Assembly (NCBI GenBank): GCA_027046965.1
Contig: JALTWR010000002.1
Location: 9,537 to 73,536, forward strand
Direction of reading: 5' to 3'
Length of the DNA stretch: 64,000 nt
DNA from: Candidatus Altimarinota bacterium
GTDB lineage: Bacteria; Patescibacteriota; Gracilibacteria; Absconditabacterales; Absconditicoccaceae
The position numbers and the translations under genes are program-made. The notes under the pieces were generated by a model. That model did no database searches, was not told the origin of the DNA, and saw nothing but the letters and a program-made list of their open reading frames with translations. This document shows positions 61,552-64,000 of the stretch, one piece after another (position 1 is the stretch's first letter; every line of letters starts with the position of its first letter).

Positions 61552-64000
61552 TTAATAAGAAAATTTCACTCCAAATCAAATATTACCAACATATTCTCAA
61601 GCAGGAATGCTACCGTCAACTTTTGCTCATATCCTTATAAGATAAGTATAGACATTTAAAAGTCCATCACCGTTTATAGTTCCTCAACCTGTATATATAG
61701 TAGTTCATCCTGTGAGAAGTGGTTCCAATATTCCATCATAAGGAGTAATATCATAACCCCATCACGTTAGAGAGTTTCGTTCGTTAATCTGATATACATC
61801 AAACACTAAATTGGATTGCTTAAAAATATCTAATTCAAAAGGAGATCCCACGCTCTTAATAGTAATAATCACATCTGTAGAATAAGTTATATTACCGCTT
61901 ATTAGATCCCCAATAAATATCTCTCCAGTACTGATCTCAAAACTAGGAGAATCTATATAATAAATTGCTCCTGTGGATGAACTGTTGCCTAACAAATCTG
62001 AAATTGAAAAGTTAAACCTATATTTTCCATAAGATAGATTATTCATAGTATAAGAAGCTCAAGTGGTGGTTATATTTGATCAAGATATACCAGTTAAACT
62101 AATATCAGTCCATACTCAACCGGTAGCATCCCATTTTTCCAAAGTCAATGTTGCTGATCATATATCAATTCAAGCTCAGGTATCAATGTAAGATATTTTT
62201 ATATCCAAATTTCATATTGGCAAAAGTTGTCCTGAAAGTGGAAATATGGAAGTTATTGTAGGTGGAGTAACATCTACCGGAGACCAACGATTTATAAAAT
62301 AATTAAATATATTTGAAACATCAATATCTGTTAATTTTTGATTGAAACTAATGATTTCTCATATCCATCCATTGAAATTGTAATTATTCCCTCCTACAGC
62401 TGTTCAATCTTGAAGTATCATTCAATCTTTCATCCAACCAAAACCAACATCTCAACCGTGTGGATACTGAGGATACAAAGGAGATAGTGTTCATATTAAA
62501 TTCCCGTTTAGCCAAGCCTTCCAAGTGTTTTGATTAACATCTACATTTGTGGCATCTTGAGATAAGACTACATAATATGTTTCAAAAGGTTGGATTGGGC
62601 CTAAATCTATATATTTAATCTGTTCTCAAGCTGGCCATTCAATTGTATTCCATATTCAAGCCCATAAATGACCTCCTTGTATAGTAAGTCAATATCATCT
62701 AGCTCATCATCATTGTTCATATATTACTTGTTGTGAGTTGATATCTCATGAGGTTTTGAAAACAAATGCAAAAGATTTTTGGTCATATACATTGGTAGTA
62801 GTATTTATTTTCCGGTGATCTGATACTGCTAGCCAATCATCTACTCAATCAAAATAAATTGCAGGATGGGTATTTATTCAATTTTGATAATATGTAGGTT
62901 GACTAGCTGTAGTAGATTGGGTGGCTGTATGAACAAAGTATATATCAGCAACTTGGCTCAAAAGTGAACCATCTGCTGGTTCATTGGCAGCACTATAATC
63001 TCAATCTATGTTTTGTCAATCTCGATGAAAAATAGGAAAAGATATTGCCCAAGGATTTGCAAAAAATACAACTTCTTTGGTTGACCTATGTCAAGATAAA
63101 TTTGCTATAGAAAAGGTTATTTTGTACAATCACTCTTCATCAAAATTTATTTGATAATCAGCTCAAGTGCTAGTAATATTGGTTCAAACAATGTTTGTAG
63201 TTTTGTCTATATTCCAATATACTCATCATCGTTTTTGAATTTTGATATCAGCGGATGTAGTATCTATTCAAATATTATCTGAATAAGAAAAACTAATATT
63301 TTGAGTTCATGTAAATACTCAAGTCCGATTTGCAAAAGGAGCAGTAATCTCTGGATAATTTATATAATCTAGTCACCATTTAATTTTCCAATAATCATTT
63401 AAATCTTGGATATATCAACTAGACAATACACTATTCCACATTACAAATTCACCTATCCATCATTTGAAATTATCTCAATTTGCTAGTCAAATATCTGCAT
63501 TTGTTTCTAGATCAATAGTGGCATTATTTATTCCTCATAGTCAAATTTTTCCTGGATGATAATTTAATTCTTCAATAAAGTTTTTAGTAGAAACTAATTT
63601 TCCATTAAAATATACAGCTTGCCAGTTTTGTTGTAAATCAGTATTTGTACCGTTATGAACTATCAAAATAGAATAAGTAGTATTTGGATTTATAGGTCAT
63701 AGATCTATTCATTGTCGTTTTTCTTCTTTCATCCAATTGGATTCAGACCAGCCTCAAGCATAAAGTCTTCAGTTTTTTATCATTATTCCCCATCAATTAA
63801 CTGATCATCATTCTTCATATATAAATTGTCTTGTAGTAATATCATCAGATGTTTTGAAAACTATTCAGATAGCTCTGGTTGGATATCAAGCTGTATTTGT
63901 ATTTATATCTGTAGAGTTTGCTATTTCATATCGTTTTGTTCAGTCAAAATACAAAGCTGGCTTTCAATTGATAGCTCAGGTTTGATAAATAGCTCCATTT
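61552..64000 (-). CDS. Very large surface protein with repeated LamG (Laminin_G_3-like) and Ig-like modules (partial; N-terminus beyond the window end)
   Basis: The code-25 frame is open from the window end to TAA at 61552-54. LamG-type motifs: IYFDGVDDWLAVSD...SFAFVFKTSGD...YEQGGGARGYGLTIQGGHLWAGIW...FNGWIGEIISFNQKL. A second copy carries ...FKGWIGEFVMWNSVL. Only one standard-code ORF of 60 aa or more survives (61762..62046). Confidence 0.8.

Overview
AT-rich, gene-dense chromosomal segment with about 50 CDS, 42 of them on the minus strand. It only makes sense under genetic code 25 (TGA = Gly). That code is known from SR1/Absconditabacteria and Gracilibacteria in the Candidate Phyla Radiation. 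The supplied standard-code ORF track is therefore fragmented. Nearly every gene appears as several same-frame pieces separated only by TGA, and TGA sits on invariant glycines in AtpD, FtsZ, LepA, DnaJ, Tmk and MurF. All real stops I checked are TAA or TAG. I re-joined the fragments by hand.

Housekeeping genes: ftsZ, ftsA, rpoD, pheT, dnaJ, dus, ftsK, thiI, mtaB-like, tmk, lepA, ndk, rpmE, atpD, yidC, lepB, rnhA, lgt, grpE, leuS.

Envelope and surface genes:
- two MscS channels, an LCP protein, a MurF-like ligase, a GT2 glycosyltransferase, an SPFH protein and a vWA protein
- several large secreted proteins with PKD, Cys-rich-repeat, LamG, DUF1554-like or DUF2202-like regions
- dispersed type IV secretion/pilus-like parts: a VirB2-like pilin, a PrgI-like protein, a prepilin peptidase and a roughly 1010-aa VirD4-like ATPase

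Other content:
- an OmpR-type two-component pair
- three very large proteins (1580, 1031 and 1092 aa) with no domain I can recognise, each tightly coupled to neighbouring genes
- one GC-rich, roughly 250-nt structured RNA of unresolved class at 6432..6680

I saw no rRNA, tRNA, CRISPR array, transposase or integrase. Boundaries were derived by hand and may be off by a few nt. Around 30.9-31.15 kb my base count disagreed with the ORF track by 1 nt, so I used the track coordinates there.
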